In this document: piece after piece, positions 1-9,533 of the stretch | Layout of the letters: the number at the start of each line of letters is the position of its first letter | How positions within the stretch are numbered: the stretch's first letter is position 1 | NCBI GenBank assembly: GCA_964353135.1 | Contig: CAYGTV010000002.1 | Span: forward strand, 169,122 to 233,121 | Reading direction: 5' to 3' | Length of the DNA: 64,000 nt | From: an uncultured Candidatus Saccharibacteria bacterium | GTDB lineage: Bacteria > Patescibacteriota > Minisyncoccia > Phycocordibacterales > UBA918 | Made by a program: the position numbers and the translations under genes | Notes under the pieces: model-generated | The model's input: the letters and a program-made list of their open reading frames with translations, nothing else | The model's database searches: none | What the model was told of the DNA's origin: nothing

Positions 1-99
1 AGCCCGGGCGGCTGAGTTATACAACCTAGAGATTCTTGCTCCAGCGATTCAAGATTTGAAACACAACTACACAACGTTTGTGTCAGCGGTGAGTGGAAA

Positions 100-125
100 A
101 TAAACAACGAACCGCCCCGGTGTTC
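100..125 (-). terminator. Intrinsic terminator hairpin (accgccccggtgttctggggcggt) followed by a T-tract on the minus strand
   Basis: GC-rich perfect inverted repeat. The minus-strand reading continues ttcgttgtttatttt. It lies downstream of rny and the candidate small ORF. Confidence 0.5.
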
Positions 126-139
126 TGGGGCGGTTGCTC

Positions 140-277
140 TTACTTGCTGCAACTTGGGCATGGACACAGCATTGTGTTTGCGTTACGCATTGACCACCAG
201 GCAAATAGGAGCCAGGTTTGCGGTGTTTGGGCGAGTGCGTGCATTGATACTTGAGCGTGATATGAACAAGGGATCAT
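140..277 (-). CDS. Possible 45-aa Cys-rich small protein (MIPCSYHAQVSMHALAQTPQTWLLFAWWSMRNANTMLCPCPSCSK)
   Basis: Not in the ORF track because it is under 60 aa. An AAAGGAGG Shine-Dalgarno sits 5 nt upstream of the ATG on the minus strand. A hairpin plus T-tract terminator follows it on the minus strand at 100-125. It lies directly downstream of rny. Confidence 0.25.
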   Translation of the reverse strand: MIPCSYHAQVSMHALAQTPQTWLLFAWWSMRNANTMLCPCPSCSK

Positions 278-336
278 TTTAGCCTCCTTTCAGGCTTGAT
301 TTCATCCTACTCCTGCTTTGCAACTCCAGCAATGTA

Positions 337-1866
337 CTACCGTGCGTAACTCACTACTCTGGTTTCACGAATGACATGCACTTTGATTTCCCCTGGGTAA
401 CGGAGTTGCGACTCAATCGTAGTAGCAATTGTTCTAGCTAGGGCATTGGTTTCAAATTCATTGAGAGTCGCTGGGTTTACCAACACGCGGATTTCCCGTC
501 CAGCAGCAATGGCAAAGGCTCGCTCAACACCAACCAGATTTTTTGCAATGTTTTCTAGTTCTGTCAGACGTTTGACATAGTTTTCCATCGAGTCTCGACG
601 AGCACCAGGGCGTGATCCAGAGATACTGTCAGCCACCTGCACTATGATACTCTCTGGTGTTTCGTATGGGTACTCTTCGTGGTGGGCACGCATGGCGAGG
701 ATTACATCAGGTGACACGTTGTATTTCTCCAAGATCCGGATTCCGATTTCCACGTGGGTACCGGCGACTTCGTGACTGACACATTTGCCGATGTCATGCA
801 GAAGGGCACCAGCTCGGGCAACCGCTTCATTTGCACCAATTTCAACCGCAATGATTCCGGCAATGTTTGCCATCTCAACTGAGTGATAGAGTACGTTTTG
901 TCCGTAGCTGGTACGGAAGTGCAGCCGCCCGAGGATGGTGATCAGTTCTGGTGCCAGGTTTGGTACGTTGGCGTCGTAGGCAGCTTTCTCTCCCATAGCA
1001 CGGACTGTTTTGGCGACCTCGGCACGTGCCTGCTCAACTACTTCCTCGATTTTAGCTGGCTGGATACGGCCGTCTTTGAGGAGTTCCTCGAGTGCTACCC
1101 GGGCGATTTCGCGTCGGACTGGGTCAAAGCTTGATAGGACAATGTAGCCTGGTGATTCGTCTACCAGTACGTCTACCCCAGTCGCACGTTCAAACGCTCT
1201 AACGTTTCGACCCTCTTTGCCGATGATCTTGCCTTTTTGTTCCTCTGATTGTAGTTCAACATGGGCTGTCATCAGGTTAGGTGACATGGTGTTACCCACC
1301 CGGTGAATAGCAGCCAGGAGTAGGTTTTGTGCTTTTGCTTCATAGACTTCTTCGCCAGCGCGTTCCATTTTTTCAATCCGCGCTCGTAGGTCTTCGGCTC
1401 GTTCAACTGTTACTTTCTGGAAGACTTGCTCGGCAGCTTCGTCTTTAGTGAGTCCAGCAATCACTTCTAGTTTTCTATCAGCTTCCTCGACGTGCTGATC
1501 TAGTCTGGCTTTGATAGCTTTAATTTCAGCCACTTTTCCTTCCAGGGCTTCTTTTTGAGAGTCGATATCAATCTGTCGCTCATCTAAAAGCTCCTCGCGC
1601 TTGCTGATGCGAGTTTCTTTTTGTTCCAGTTTTTCTTCTAGGTTTTTGCGTTCAGTTTTAGCGTCTTGTTCGATTTTGTCTGCCTTGATTTCAGCTCGCT
1701 CAATGATTGCGTGCGCTTTTTCCTCGGCTTTGAGTTCTCGTTCCTTAATTTCAAGTTCAATCGAATTCTTCTGTGATAGTGCGTGCAAGTATCGAAATAC
1801 GTATCCGCCAATCAGTCCAATCAAGAGCGCGCCACCGAGCGCAAGGGAAAATATCATTGGTGGCAT
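337..1866 (-). CDS. rny: Ribonuclease Y (N-terminal TM anchor, coiled coil, KH domain, HD domain)
   Basis: The translation has an N-terminal TM segment, a long coiled coil, a KH-like region and an HD phosphohydrolase motif (HHEEYPYE...). Length of 509 aa is typical. Confidence 0.9.
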   Translation of the reverse strand: MPPMIFSLALGGALLIGLIGGYVFRYLHALSQKNSIELEIKERELKAEEKAHAIIERAEIKADKIEQDAKTERKNLEEKLEQKETRISKREELLDERQIDIDSQKEALEGKVAEIKAIKARLDQHVEEADRKLEVIAGLTKDEAAEQVFQKVTVERAEDLRARIEKMERAGEEVYEAKAQNLLLAAIHRVGNTMSPNLMTAHVELQSEEQKGKIIGKEGRNVRAFERATGVDVLVDESPGYIVLSSFDPVRREIARVALEELLKDGRIQPAKIEEVVEQARAEVAKTVRAMGEKAAYDANVPNLAPELITILGRLHFRTSYGQNVLYHSVEMANIAGIIAVEIGANEAVARAGALLHDIGKCVSHEVAGTHVEIGIRILEKYNVSPDVILAMRAHHEEYPYETPESIIVQVADSISGSRPGARRDSMENYVKRLTELENIAKNLVGVERAFAIAAGREIRVLVNPATLNEFETNALARTIATTIESQLRYPGEIKVHVIRETRVVSYAR

Positions 1867-1964
1867 AGTGTCTGTGTTCTATTCAATAAATCAATCGTAT
1901 CTGTGTAATCAAACTGTACTGGATTTTGTGAGGTTTGTAAACGATGCGGTGATATTATTACAAA

Positions 1965-2459
1965 ATGAATTATGCCAAGTTATTTCTTTATACAAATGTA
2001 AGCGCACTAGCTATATGTGTGCTTTCTGCCGTCTTGTTTTTAAATGGTCCTCAGTTTTGGTACGACCTCGGTCGACCTTTGTATCTGGCATACATTGCCT
2101 ATTTTGATATATTTTGGTCGTTGGCGTACCTGCTACCTATTTTTGCGCTGTGGTGTTTGGTTAGACTATACATGCTGAGCTTTTCGCTCAAATTATTCAT
2201 TGTGAACCTTATTCCCCTTGGTTTGCTCATTCCTTTAGGACTCACTGCTTGTACTAACTACTTTTTTGTAACTCCGGCTGTGTATATTATTGCAAGTATC
2301 GTTGTGTGTATTTATACCTTCAAGAAAGTAAAATTAATGAGGTGGTCACCTGAGTATGGAAAATCAACTCTTGCTATATGGTATTGCTGGCAGGTCGTCA
2401 TTGTAATTCCTGCACTAACGAGCGTTATGCTAATTGCTTCTTTTGCTTGCTACATGTAG
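1965..2459 (+). CDS. Hypothetical polytopic membrane protein (AT-rich gene)
   Basis: 164-aa ORF with four or more hydrophobic segments. Its local composition is visibly more AT-rich than the neighbours. Confidence 0.4.
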   Translation: MNYAKLFLYTNVSALAICVLSAVLFLNGPQFWYDLGRPLYLAYIAYFDIFWSLAYLLPIFALWCLVRLYMLSFSLKLFIVNLIPLGLLIPLGLTACTNYFFVTPAVYIIASIVVCIYTFKKVKLMRWSPEYGKSTLAIWYCWQVVIVIPALTSVMLIASFACYM

Positions 2460-2495
2460 AGATAAAACATAAATAAGATATACCGATTAAAATAA

Positions 2496-2533
2496 GAAAA
2501 CCGACGCTAGTGCGTCGGTTTTCTTATTTTTTT
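2496..2533. terminator. Bidirectional intrinsic terminator (aaaaccgacgctagtgcgtcggtttt plus T-run)
   Basis: Perfect hairpin flanked by A-run and T-run between the convergent ORF 1965-2459 (+) and clpP (-). Confidence 0.7.
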
Positions 2534-2545
2534 TGGTCGAGCGGT

Positions 2546-3160
2546 CTACTTGTAAACTTTATCTACAATCCCGTATTTTTTTGATTCTTCGGCATCCATC
2601 CAGAAGTCACGCTCCATATCCGCTTCGATTTTAGCCAGTTTCTGACCGGTAGCTTTGGCCATCATTTTGTTCAGTCGTTCACGAGTTTTAATGATGTGTT
2701 TGGCGGTAATGTCGATGTCGGACGCTTGTCCATACGCTCCGCCTGATGGTTGGTGAATCATTACTTCGGCGTTTGGTAGCATGTACCGCTTGTCTTTGGC
2801 TCCTTGCGACAGGATCATTGACCCCATTGAAGCTGCCATTCCCATACAAACAGTCGCTACGTCTGGTTTGATGTGGTGCATGGTGTCGATGATCGACATT
2901 CCGGCTGATACGCTCCCTCCTGGCGAATTCACATAGAGGGTGATGTCTTTGTTTTGGTCTTCCGCCTCAAGGAATAGTAGCTGCGCTACGATTAGGTTAG
3001 CCATTTCGTCTCGAATTTCTCCGCTGACAAAAATAATCCGTTCCTTGAGTAGTCGTGAGTAGATGTCAAATGAGCGTTCGCCGCCGGCGGTCTTTTCAAT
3101 CACCATCGGGACGAGGTAGTCAGCTGGGTGTTGTGAGTCTTTTTTCATTTCCATATTCAT
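2546..3160 (-). CDS. clpP: ATP-dependent Clp protease proteolytic subunit
   Basis: Strong similarity to ClpP: catalytic-triad context GGSVSAG...MIHQP and 204 aa. Confidence 0.95.
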   Translation of the reverse strand: MNMEMKKDSQHPADYLVPMVIEKTAGGERSFDIYSRLLKERIIFVSGEIRDEMANLIVAQLLFLEAEDQNKDITLYVNSPGGSVSAGMSIIDTMHHIKPDVATVCMGMAASMGSMILSQGAKDKRYMLPNAEVMIHQPSGGAYGQASDIDITAKHIIKTRERLNKMMAKATGQKLAKIEADMERDFWMDAEESKKYGIVDKVYK

Positions 3161-3345
3161 AAAGTAAGTTTCAAATTCAAATTATCCAATTGCAGGTTCG
3201 CTGCAAGAGTTATGGTAGCAAATAGTACTAAATAAACAAAACTTATTTCATTTGTAAAAAAAGATAAGTAGGGATATAGTTGCTAACGGGACGCACATTG
3301 TTCGTTCTATATACCAAACAAACGAAACCAACAAGGAGATTAACC

Positions 3346-4110
3346 ATGACGGTACATCCTCGTGCGGCAGATTTTATCGCCCTCCAAGAAACTTGCGATG
3401 CAGTCCAGGCAGCAAAAATCGGTAGCACCAATGATTCCGAAGTTCTGAAAACTACAGAGGCTTGGTATCAGCAAGATCGTGCTGATCTGATCACTGATCT
3501 TCAGCAGATCGGTGTTGAACCCCTCGCGATTCTGCGGGGTGACCATTGGGCGGAAATCCGCCAACTCTATGGTTTGTATGATCTTCAGATGCTCAATGGC
3601 TACATCCGGGTCAAGATGCCTGCTGGCTGGAAAGAAAGTAAGGTCGTTGTTTCAGAAGCTGTCGGCTATGAAGGCCAGGAGGCTCATTATCAGCAATACA
3701 GCTCATTGGCCTTGCGTCAATCAGCAACACTCGAAGACGCTGATCTCCTGCGCTTGCTAATGCCAGAACTCACTTCACGACAGTGGGGCGGGGAAATTTT
3801 GTCAGATGACCTGACCGTGTCAATTGAACTGGCACCTCCGCCAGTTCGTGCGCAAGTGACCTGGCACAGATTGCAAAATTCTGGTGCTCCGGTTCACATC
3901 GCAGCCGACAAAAGCGCTATTGCATTCAGCCCGCCGCTAAATGATCAGTTGCGTGGGGGTAACGAAGCGATTCAGCATAAGGTACGGCGCTGGAAAGACT
4001 TTGAACCAATCATCGCCGTTCCAAAGGGTTCCGCTGTCGCTTTGGTTGATCAATGGGGTAACTACCTCTTTGAAAAAATTGCTGTTTCCCAAGCAATTAA
4101 CGCTGGTTAA
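3346..4110 (+). CDS. Hypothetical protein (254 aa)
   Basis: Long ORF. The internal ATG at 3346 is preceded by an AAGGAG Shine-Dalgarno (acaaggagattaaccATG). No family recognised. It lies between clpP and tig on the opposite strand. Confidence 0.55.
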   Translation: MTVHPRAADFIALQETCDAVQAAKIGSTNDSEVLKTTEAWYQQDRADLITDLQQIGVEPLAILRGDHWAEIRQLYGLYDLQMLNGYIRVKMPAGWKESKVVVSEAVGYEGQEAHYQQYSSLALRQSATLEDADLLRLLMPELTSRQWGGEILSDDLTVSIELAPPPVRAQVTWHRLQNSGAPVHIAADKSAIAFSPPLNDQLRGGNEAIQHKVRRWKDFEPIIAVPKGSAVALVDQWGNYLFEKIAVSQAINAG

Positions 4111-4130
4111 TTAACTGGTTTATGAGAACG

Positions 4131-4162
4131 AAAAGGCCCCGCACGTTGCGGGGCCTTTTTCT
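4131..4162. terminator. Bidirectional intrinsic terminator (aaaaggccccgcacgttgcggggccttttt)
   Basis: GC hairpin with an A/T-run on both sides, between the convergent ORF 3346-4110 (+) and tig (-). Confidence 0.75.
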
Positions 4163-5319
4163 TATACAGTCTCTAAGTGTTTCATCACGCTTTCGTTCAA
4201 TAGCATTGAGGCTACATACAATCGGACTCGGTGGACGTCTGCGTCCTTGAATCGTTCTTTGAGTTGAGCTGTTTGGGCTTCAACTTCAGCTGCGTCTGGA
4301 GTAATCTGCTTGTCCTTGGCGATTTCGTTGAGGACAAGCTGTAGTTTTGCTCGCGTTTCTGCTGCTGGTTTCCACTCGGCGGCTAGGTCTTCTTTGGTTT
4401 TTTTGATGTGTGTCAGGTAATCATCCATTTTCAGTTCTGATCGTTTGAGATCGTCTTCCATTTGGGCGAACATCTGGTTGATTTCTGAATCAATCAGGAT
4501 CTGAGGAAGTGTCATTTCAGTCTTTGCGATGATGCCGTCTGTGATGTCGGCTCGGTGTTTGGCGGCTACCTGTTGTTTCTTCTCTATCTCGAGATGTTCT
4601 CGTAGGCCTTTTTTAAATCCTTCCACATTTTCAAACTGTCCTGGTTGTCCAAGGGTTTTGACGTATTCGTCAGTTAACTCTGGTAGTGGAGCCTCATTGT
4701 CAGCATCCACTTTTGCCTGCACTTCTTCCATAGATTGTTTTTTCTCCTCACCCTCTTCTCCGTTTTCCTTACTCGCAGCTTCAGCTTTGCTGATTTCCTG
4801 CATCCGGTCGTAGGCCCGCTTTGATTTTTGGATTTCTTTGATCTTTTCTTCTAGCTCCTCGTCTGACACTTCGTCAGTTGGTTTTGCTAGGTTGATTTCT
4901 TTGGCGATTGATTCGTAGTCAGGTAGGGAAAATTTTGGTACTACCGCTACTGTGGCAGTGAACCCCAGTGGGTTTTCTGGGGCGATTTTAGTCACCTCGA
5001 TTTGTGGGTGACCAATGGCGTCGATTTCTAGTTCCTCTAGGATGTGTGGGTATGAGTGAGCGATCGCTCGTTCTGCCATTTCGGTCAAAATGTTCATCTC
5101 ACCGACATGTTTTTCTAGTACCGCTGATGGCACATGACCCTTACGGAATCCGTCTAGTTCAACGTTTTTCCCGAGTGTCACTAAAGCTGCGTTTCGCTCA
5201 CTCGCGAGTTCTACGTACGGCAATTCACCGCTGATTTTAACCATAGAATCTGGCAGCTCTTCTACCGTAAAAGCGTCTTTCCAATTAATGTTGTGTTCGT
5301 GTTTTTTAGTATCTGACAT
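4162..5319 (-). CDS. tig: Trigger factor (ribosome-associated chaperone)
   Basis: The N-terminal ribosome-binding domain and C-terminal domain resemble trigger factor. It has the classic tig/clpP neighbourhood and an acidic, Lys-rich linker. Confidence 0.8.
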   Translation of the reverse strand: MSDTKKHEHNINWKDAFTVEELPDSMVKISGELPYVELASERNAALVTLGKNVELDGFRKGHVPSAVLEKHVGEMNILTEMAERAIAHSYPHILEELEIDAIGHPQIEVTKIAPENPLGFTATVAVVPKFSLPDYESIAKEINLAKPTDEVSDEELEEKIKEIQKSKRAYDRMQEISKAEAASKENGEEGEEKKQSMEEVQAKVDADNEAPLPELTDEYVKTLGQPGQFENVEGFKKGLREHLEIEKKQQVAAKHRADITDGIIAKTEMTLPQILIDSEINQMFAQMEDDLKRSELKMDDYLTHIKKTKEDLAAEWKPAAETRAKLQLVLNEIAKDKQITPDAAEVEAQTAQLKERFKDADVHRVRLYVASMLLNESVMKHLETV

Positions 5320-5376
5320 AGTGGTTGGTAGTGTACGAAATTGAGAGCGAAATGCAAGGGAAAAGCCGCCGCCAGT

Positions 5377-5613
5377 TCATGATGACTGTTTGCGGCGGCC
5401 CTTGAGCGCAAGACATTCCAGTGTTTGCTTCAAAATGTACGTTTCTAAGCGTTCATTCCATAAAGCAGTTTTCACTTTTTTGAGGATGTCTATGAGAATT
5501 TCTTGGTACTGTGGTTCCAGTTTAAGAAGTTTCTCTAGATCTTCTTGCTTTTTTGTGAGGATTGCAATCATTCTCTGATTTAGTGCAATCCTCTGGGTAA
5601 TGATTTGTTCCAT
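5377..5613 (-). CDS. Hypothetical small protein (78 aa, helical)
   Basis: ORF only. No family recognised. Confidence 0.35.
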   Translation of the reverse strand: MEQIITQRIALNQRMIAILTKKQEDLEKLLKLEPQYQEILIDILKKVKTALWNERLETYILKQTLECLALKGRRKQSS

Positions 5614-5664
5614 ACCCGTCTCCTCCTAATAGTTTTATAATCAAAATTTAGCAACACGTCAAGA

Positions 5665-5702
5665 AAACCAGCTCGAATCCAAAGTGATTCGAGCTGGTTT
5701 TT
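5665..5702. terminator. Intrinsic terminator (aaaaccagctcgaatc caaagt gattcgagctggttttt)
   Basis: 12-bp perfect stem flanked by A-run and T-run, downstream of the minus-strand gene 5723-6151. Confidence 0.7.
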
Positions 5703-5722
5703 GACGTCTTTGTAGTGTGTGT

Positions 5723-6151
5723 TTAGAACTCTTCGCTCAAGGCTGCCTCCAACTCAGCATCAATGGCGGTTAGTTCTGCATCAAGGGTATCTAGGTCTGT
5801 TGCCTCAATATCAGCTTCAATGGCCGCGATTTCATCAGATGTACTGAGCGCTGCTTGAGTTTCTACTGCGGCTTCAGCTGTAGTACTTTCAGGCTCGTTA
5901 TTTTCTTCTGCTGTTGGTCGCTCTACTGCTGGTGCTTCCACTTGGGTTGTTAGCTGACTAAACCAGTAGTACATACCAGCCAAGATTGCGATCAGTAGAA
6001 TTGCCAACAAGGCGATCACTAGTCCGTGTAGGGGCGCTGATTCCTTACTGGCCGCGGAATTCGACAGCTGACTATTTTCTGGCATTTTCATTTCTTCTCC
6101 TGTCAGATCTGGTGCTTGTACGTGGGTGTCGTTCATTTCTTTTGGATCCAT
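5723..6151 (-). CDS. Hypothetical membrane-anchored protein with an acidic repeat tail
   Basis: 142 aa with one TM segment (LVIALLAILLIAILAGMYYWF). The C-terminus is acidic with a repeat (IEADIEATDLDTLDAELTAIDAELEA). Confidence 0.5.
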   Translation of the reverse strand: MDPKEMNDTHVQAPDLTGEEMKMPENSQLSNSAASKESAPLHGLVIALLAILLIAILAGMYYWFSQLTTQVEAPAVERPTAEENNEPESTTAEAAVETQAALSTSDEIAAIEADIEATDLDTLDAELTAIDAELEAALSEEF

Positions 6152-6163
6152 AGTAGTTATGAC

Positions 6164-7030
6164 TTATTCAGCTGAAGTTTCAACTGCTGTTTCGCTAGTA
6201 ACATCTGCCCCAGCAGTACTGCTTTCATTACGAACAGCTGCTGATGCACCACGCTCCCTCTCCATTGTTTGAGCTGCTTCTTTGAGAGCTGCAACTGACG
6301 CTTTAATTTCTGTGTGCGCAGTCCGCAGTTGTTCTCGGATACTCTGGTACGAGGCTTTTACTGAAGTCCAGCTTGATCGAGGGTCTTCGGAGGTAACTGC
6401 TGATTGTACTACCACGTCGATTGTTGCAAGGTTGTTGACGGCTGCGTTAAGTGAAATTTGCGCCGACTCAAGGGCCGCTTTTGCCTCGGCAGTATCGAGT
6501 CCAGCTTCGTTTAGTTTTTCAATTCGGGAATCTAGTCGGGTAATGATGTCCTGAATTCGGGCAGCTGCCCCGTCCATTTTGTTACTAACATTAGCTGCCA
6601 GGTTTGTGATACGTTCGCTCGCACGCTCTGAAAGGGCTGCTCGGCGTTCTTCTCGTTGTGCTTCCATTTGTGTTCGCATTTCCTCACGCTGTTCGCTGGC
6701 ACTTGCTCGAGCAGCTTCGATTCCAGCTTCACGCTCAGCGCGGGTGGCTTCACGTTCTGATTCGATTTCTGATCGTGTGTCTTGTCGGGCTGCTTCGGCT
6801 TCGGCGCGGGTTTCTAACGCAGCTTGTCGGTTTGCCTCAATTGACTCTCGGGCTGCTTCTCGTTCTGCCTGGACGTCTGATCGGTTAGAGCTTGCTTCAA
6901 CAGCAGTTTCTTCAGCATCTGATGTAGTTGGTTCGCTGTCTTCTTGAGCAAACGCTACTCCAGATAGAAGAAAAGCCGCAATCAGAGTCGCAAGTAGTGC
7001 TTTGGAGGTTGGTAATAGTGCTGTGTTCAT
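6164..7030 (-). CDS. Secreted Ala/Glu/Arg-rich coiled-coil repeat protein
   Basis: Signal peptide (MNTALLPTSKALLATLIAAFLLSGVAFA) followed by degenerate EAxRE/ERxxA repeats. Confidence 0.55.
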   Translation of the reverse strand: MNTALLPTSKALLATLIAAFLLSGVAFAQEDSEPTTSDAEETAVEASSNRSDVQAEREAARESIEANRQAALETRAEAEAARQDTRSEIESEREATRAEREAGIEAARASASEQREEMRTQMEAQREERRAALSERASERITNLAANVSNKMDGAAARIQDIITRLDSRIEKLNEAGLDTAEAKAALESAQISLNAAVNNLATIDVVVQSAVTSEDPRSSWTSVKASYQSIREQLRTAHTEIKASVAALKEAAQTMERERGASAAVRNESSTAGADVTSETAVETSAE

Positions 7031-7064
7031 AATGTGTAATATCCTTGATTAGTATGACAGTAAG

Positions 7065-7102
7065 TATAGCGCCGCTGGGGTCAGGACCCCAGCGGCGCTA
7101 TA
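7065..7102. other. Perfect 16-bp-stem palindrome (tatagcgccgctgggg tcagga ccccagcggcgctata) between ppaC and the downstream gene
   Basis: Seen directly in the sequence. It has no adjacent T-tract, so it is terminator-like or a protein-binding palindrome. Confidence 0.45.
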
Positions 7103-7122
7103 CACATTATTATGTTAGTTTT

Positions 7123-8037
7123 TTAGACTTTTAGGTTCGGGACGATCTGCTTTTTACGAGAAACAATGCCAGGAAGTACTTCGGTATCAGACTCAACCGA
7201 GACACCAAAGGATTTCTCTATGATTTGTTTTACTGCGTCATTGTAAGTGAATACAGTTGCTTCTTCGTTTAAAATGTCGACGGCAAAGAAGAGCACCTCG
7301 TCTACATCACCTTCGGCGGCTTTAATTTCCTCTATTGCGTCCACAATTTCACCCTTTCTCTCCAGTACACTTGAAGGATTAGTGGTTTCGATCACTGAGA
7401 CACGCAAGTTAACGCCACCTATTTCTAGTTTTTTACTGTCCATTTTAACTAGTCCGCTGCCACTAAAATCACTAATATCGCTTTTAGCAGCAAACATTTC
7501 GTTTGCATATGATTCGATATCTACGCCCAGTTTTGCAGCTAGTTTTTCGGCGATGTCTTTGTCGTGAGGGGTCGTAGTTGGACTACGGAATTGTAGGGTG
7601 TCAGATAGAATGCAAGACAACATGATTCCCGCGATGTGTTCTGGTAGTTCTATATCACCCATCAGACCGTGCATAACGCTCACAGTTGATGCGAGTGGTT
7701 TCATCGTGATCGTTAGTGGTCCTGGTGTTTCTAGTCCGCCAATGAGTTTGTGATGATCGATTATCTCAAGGATATTAGCTTCGTTAATGTTTGAAAACAA
7801 TTCTTGTGGGTTGTTGGTATCCACGATCACTATGTCGTCCCCGGCTGTGACTGACTCGAGTAGGGTGGGGGTGTCCACATTCCAGCGGCTCAACACAAAC
7901 TGCGTTTCTTTGTTGAGGTCACCCAGTACGTATGCGGTAGCGTCTTTGCCAGTTTTTTCTGACAAATACCACGCCCACACAATAGCGCTTCCGGTGGCGT
8001 CGGTGTCTGGTGATAGGTGGCCAAATACTTTGATCAT
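7123..8037 (-). CDS. ppaC: Manganese-dependent inorganic pyrophosphatase (family II, DHH-DHHA2)
   Basis: N-terminal DHH motif (GHLSPDTDATGS). The HH motif (IDHHK), the SDT motif and the C-terminal GIVSRKKQIVPNLK match family II PPase. Confidence 0.85.
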   Translation of the reverse strand: MIKVFGHLSPDTDATGSAIVWAWYLSEKTGKDATAYVLGDLNKETQFVLSRWNVDTPTLLESVTAGDDIVIVDTNNPQELFSNINEANILEIIDHHKLIGGLETPGPLTITMKPLASTVSVMHGLMGDIELPEHIAGIMLSCILSDTLQFRSPTTTPHDKDIAEKLAAKLGVDIESYANEMFAAKSDISDFSGSGLVKMDSKKLEIGGVNLRVSVIETTNPSSVLERKGEIVDAIEEIKAAEGDVDEVLFFAVDILNEEATVFTYNDAVKQIIEKSFGVSVESDTEVLPGIVSRKKQIVPNLKV

Positions 8038-8150
8038 AGAGAATATAGACTAAGAATAATGATGGTATGGTAGCGTAATTTCAGCAGAAGGGAAAGAAAA
8101 TGACCGCCCAGAGGGCGATCATTAATTTCATCCATGATTCAATTGCTGAA

Positions 8151-9377
8151 TCATTGCTCAGTTGGTGCAGACAGTACTGCCGGGTCGAATGTCACCCCGA
8201 GCGCGTCTGCAGCAGCTGTAAACAGCTGCGCATCGTTTGCAAGGTATAAACATAGTGCCAACCCAGCCAACATTGGAATAATCAAGACTGTGTACAATAA
8301 ACCTTCTTGTACTTGGTTTTTGCCACGAATTCCTGGTATCCAGGATATGCTTGCGAGCAGGCCTCGTGGCAGGTCCTCATAATCAAGAGTGTCTGTGAAT
8401 ACCACGATTGCAACCAGTGATGAAAAAACGAACACTGGCGCCCCTAGCATAATCAGACTGAGGTTTTCGTAGAAGTCTTGTAGACTTTCCGCCGGCGGCG
8501 CCATGGCACCAGCAAACGGAGAAGAAATGAATGCTCCGACAAACAAACCAAATCCATCCAACAGCGGTTGTATCAGAGGCGCCAACCCAGCGCTCTGTAC
8601 AATCACTGCGAGCAGAATCAGACCGAGCGCATTTTGCGCACCGTCTTTTATTTCATGGGCAAATTTGTCTACCAGGTGCAGCGTCTTGCGACGCAGTGCC
8701 GTGTACAGCAAAAGAATCCCAATGCACAATAGAGGTGAATGCGTCACAATGATCAAGGTAAGGGCTACGGTGAACTCGATCCCTGCCTGTAGTTGCTCAC
8801 TGTCCATTTCAACCGGTTCCATTTTGACTGGATACATCCAGGCAACAATTGTCGCGAGAATAATCGAGTATGGTGTCAAAACCAGTAGCAACGGAAAGCC
8901 GGCATTCCAAACGTCTAGGTTGTTGGTGATGTAGTAGGGTAGTCCCCAGAGCTCACCCAGATAGAAGCCGCCACCGACAGTCAGTGCAGCAAACGCCGCT
9001 GTAACTTTGACGACAAATTGGTTGAAGCGACTGTTGGTATGTTCCAGGGGAAGAAAGATAATTCCTGAGGCCAACAAAAGTACAACGGCAAAACTATCAA
9101 AGAGCAGACTGATGTGACCGCTAAACACGATCAACCAGAACGTGCTCCAAAACGGTGATCGATGTGTGAAAACTGGCATCCGCAACCCACAGTAGGCTAC
9201 GACGGCTGTGAGATAGACTGCGACCCACAGTGTTTCAGTAACTGGTGTGTGCAGGATATGCTCATGACGTAGGTATGCTCCACCGGCCCAGTAAATCAGT
9301 ATGCTCCCAAGTAAATACCCGAGAATGATGCCATCCATACCCAGAATGGGTTTAGGTGATTCAGTTTGTGAGTCCAT
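8151..9377 (-). CDS. Polytopic integral membrane protein (possible transporter)
   Basis: 408 aa with 10 or more hydrophobic helices. No specific family assigned. Confidence 0.55.
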   Translation of the reverse strand: MDSQTESPKPILGMDGIILGYLLGSILIYWAGGAYLRHEHILHTPVTETLWVAVYLTAVVAYCGLRMPVFTHRSPFWSTFWLIVFSGHISLLFDSFAVVLLLASGIIFLPLEHTNSRFNQFVVKVTAAFAALTVGGGFYLGELWGLPYYITNNLDVWNAGFPLLLVLTPYSIILATIVAWMYPVKMEPVEMDSEQLQAGIEFTVALTLIIVTHSPLLCIGILLLYTALRRKTLHLVDKFAHEIKDGAQNALGLILLAVIVQSAGLAPLIQPLLDGFGLFVGAFISSPFAGAMAPPAESLQDFYENLSLIMLGAPVFVFSSLVAIVVFTDTLDYEDLPRGLLASISWIPGIRGKNQVQEGLLYTVLIIPMLAGLALCLYLANDAQLFTAAADALGVTFDPAVLSAPTEQ

Positions 9378-9487
9378 CAGAGGTCTCCCTTCTTTAGTGG
9401 TTAAAGATCAGGTCACCTCGACCTGATCATATATGATGTAAGTCGATTGACGTGGCTAGCATGCCCAACCGTTGTTATGATGTCAAG

Positions 9488-9524
9488 AAAACCGACCGGC
9501 ACCTTTGGGTACCGGTCGGTTTTC
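9488..9524. terminator. Intrinsic terminator downstream of nusA (aaaaccgaccggcacctttgggtaccggtcggtttt)
   Basis: Perfect hairpin flanked by A-run and T-run, 10 bp past the nusA stop. Confidence 0.7.
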
Positions 9525-9533
9525 AGTTGTCGT

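Noticed and set aside
883-1134. Antisense ORFs inside rny (883-1134, 1601-2107 in part) and similar nested or antisense ORFs throughout the track (e.g. 6282-6947 within the coiled-coil gene, 9505-10038 within nusA, 48899-49542 within fusA, 56273-56800 within tuf)
   Set aside because: They lie entirely within, and antisense to or out of frame with, strongly supported conserved genes. Their composition is low-complexity Ser/Ala/Arg, typical of GC-skewed antisense frames.
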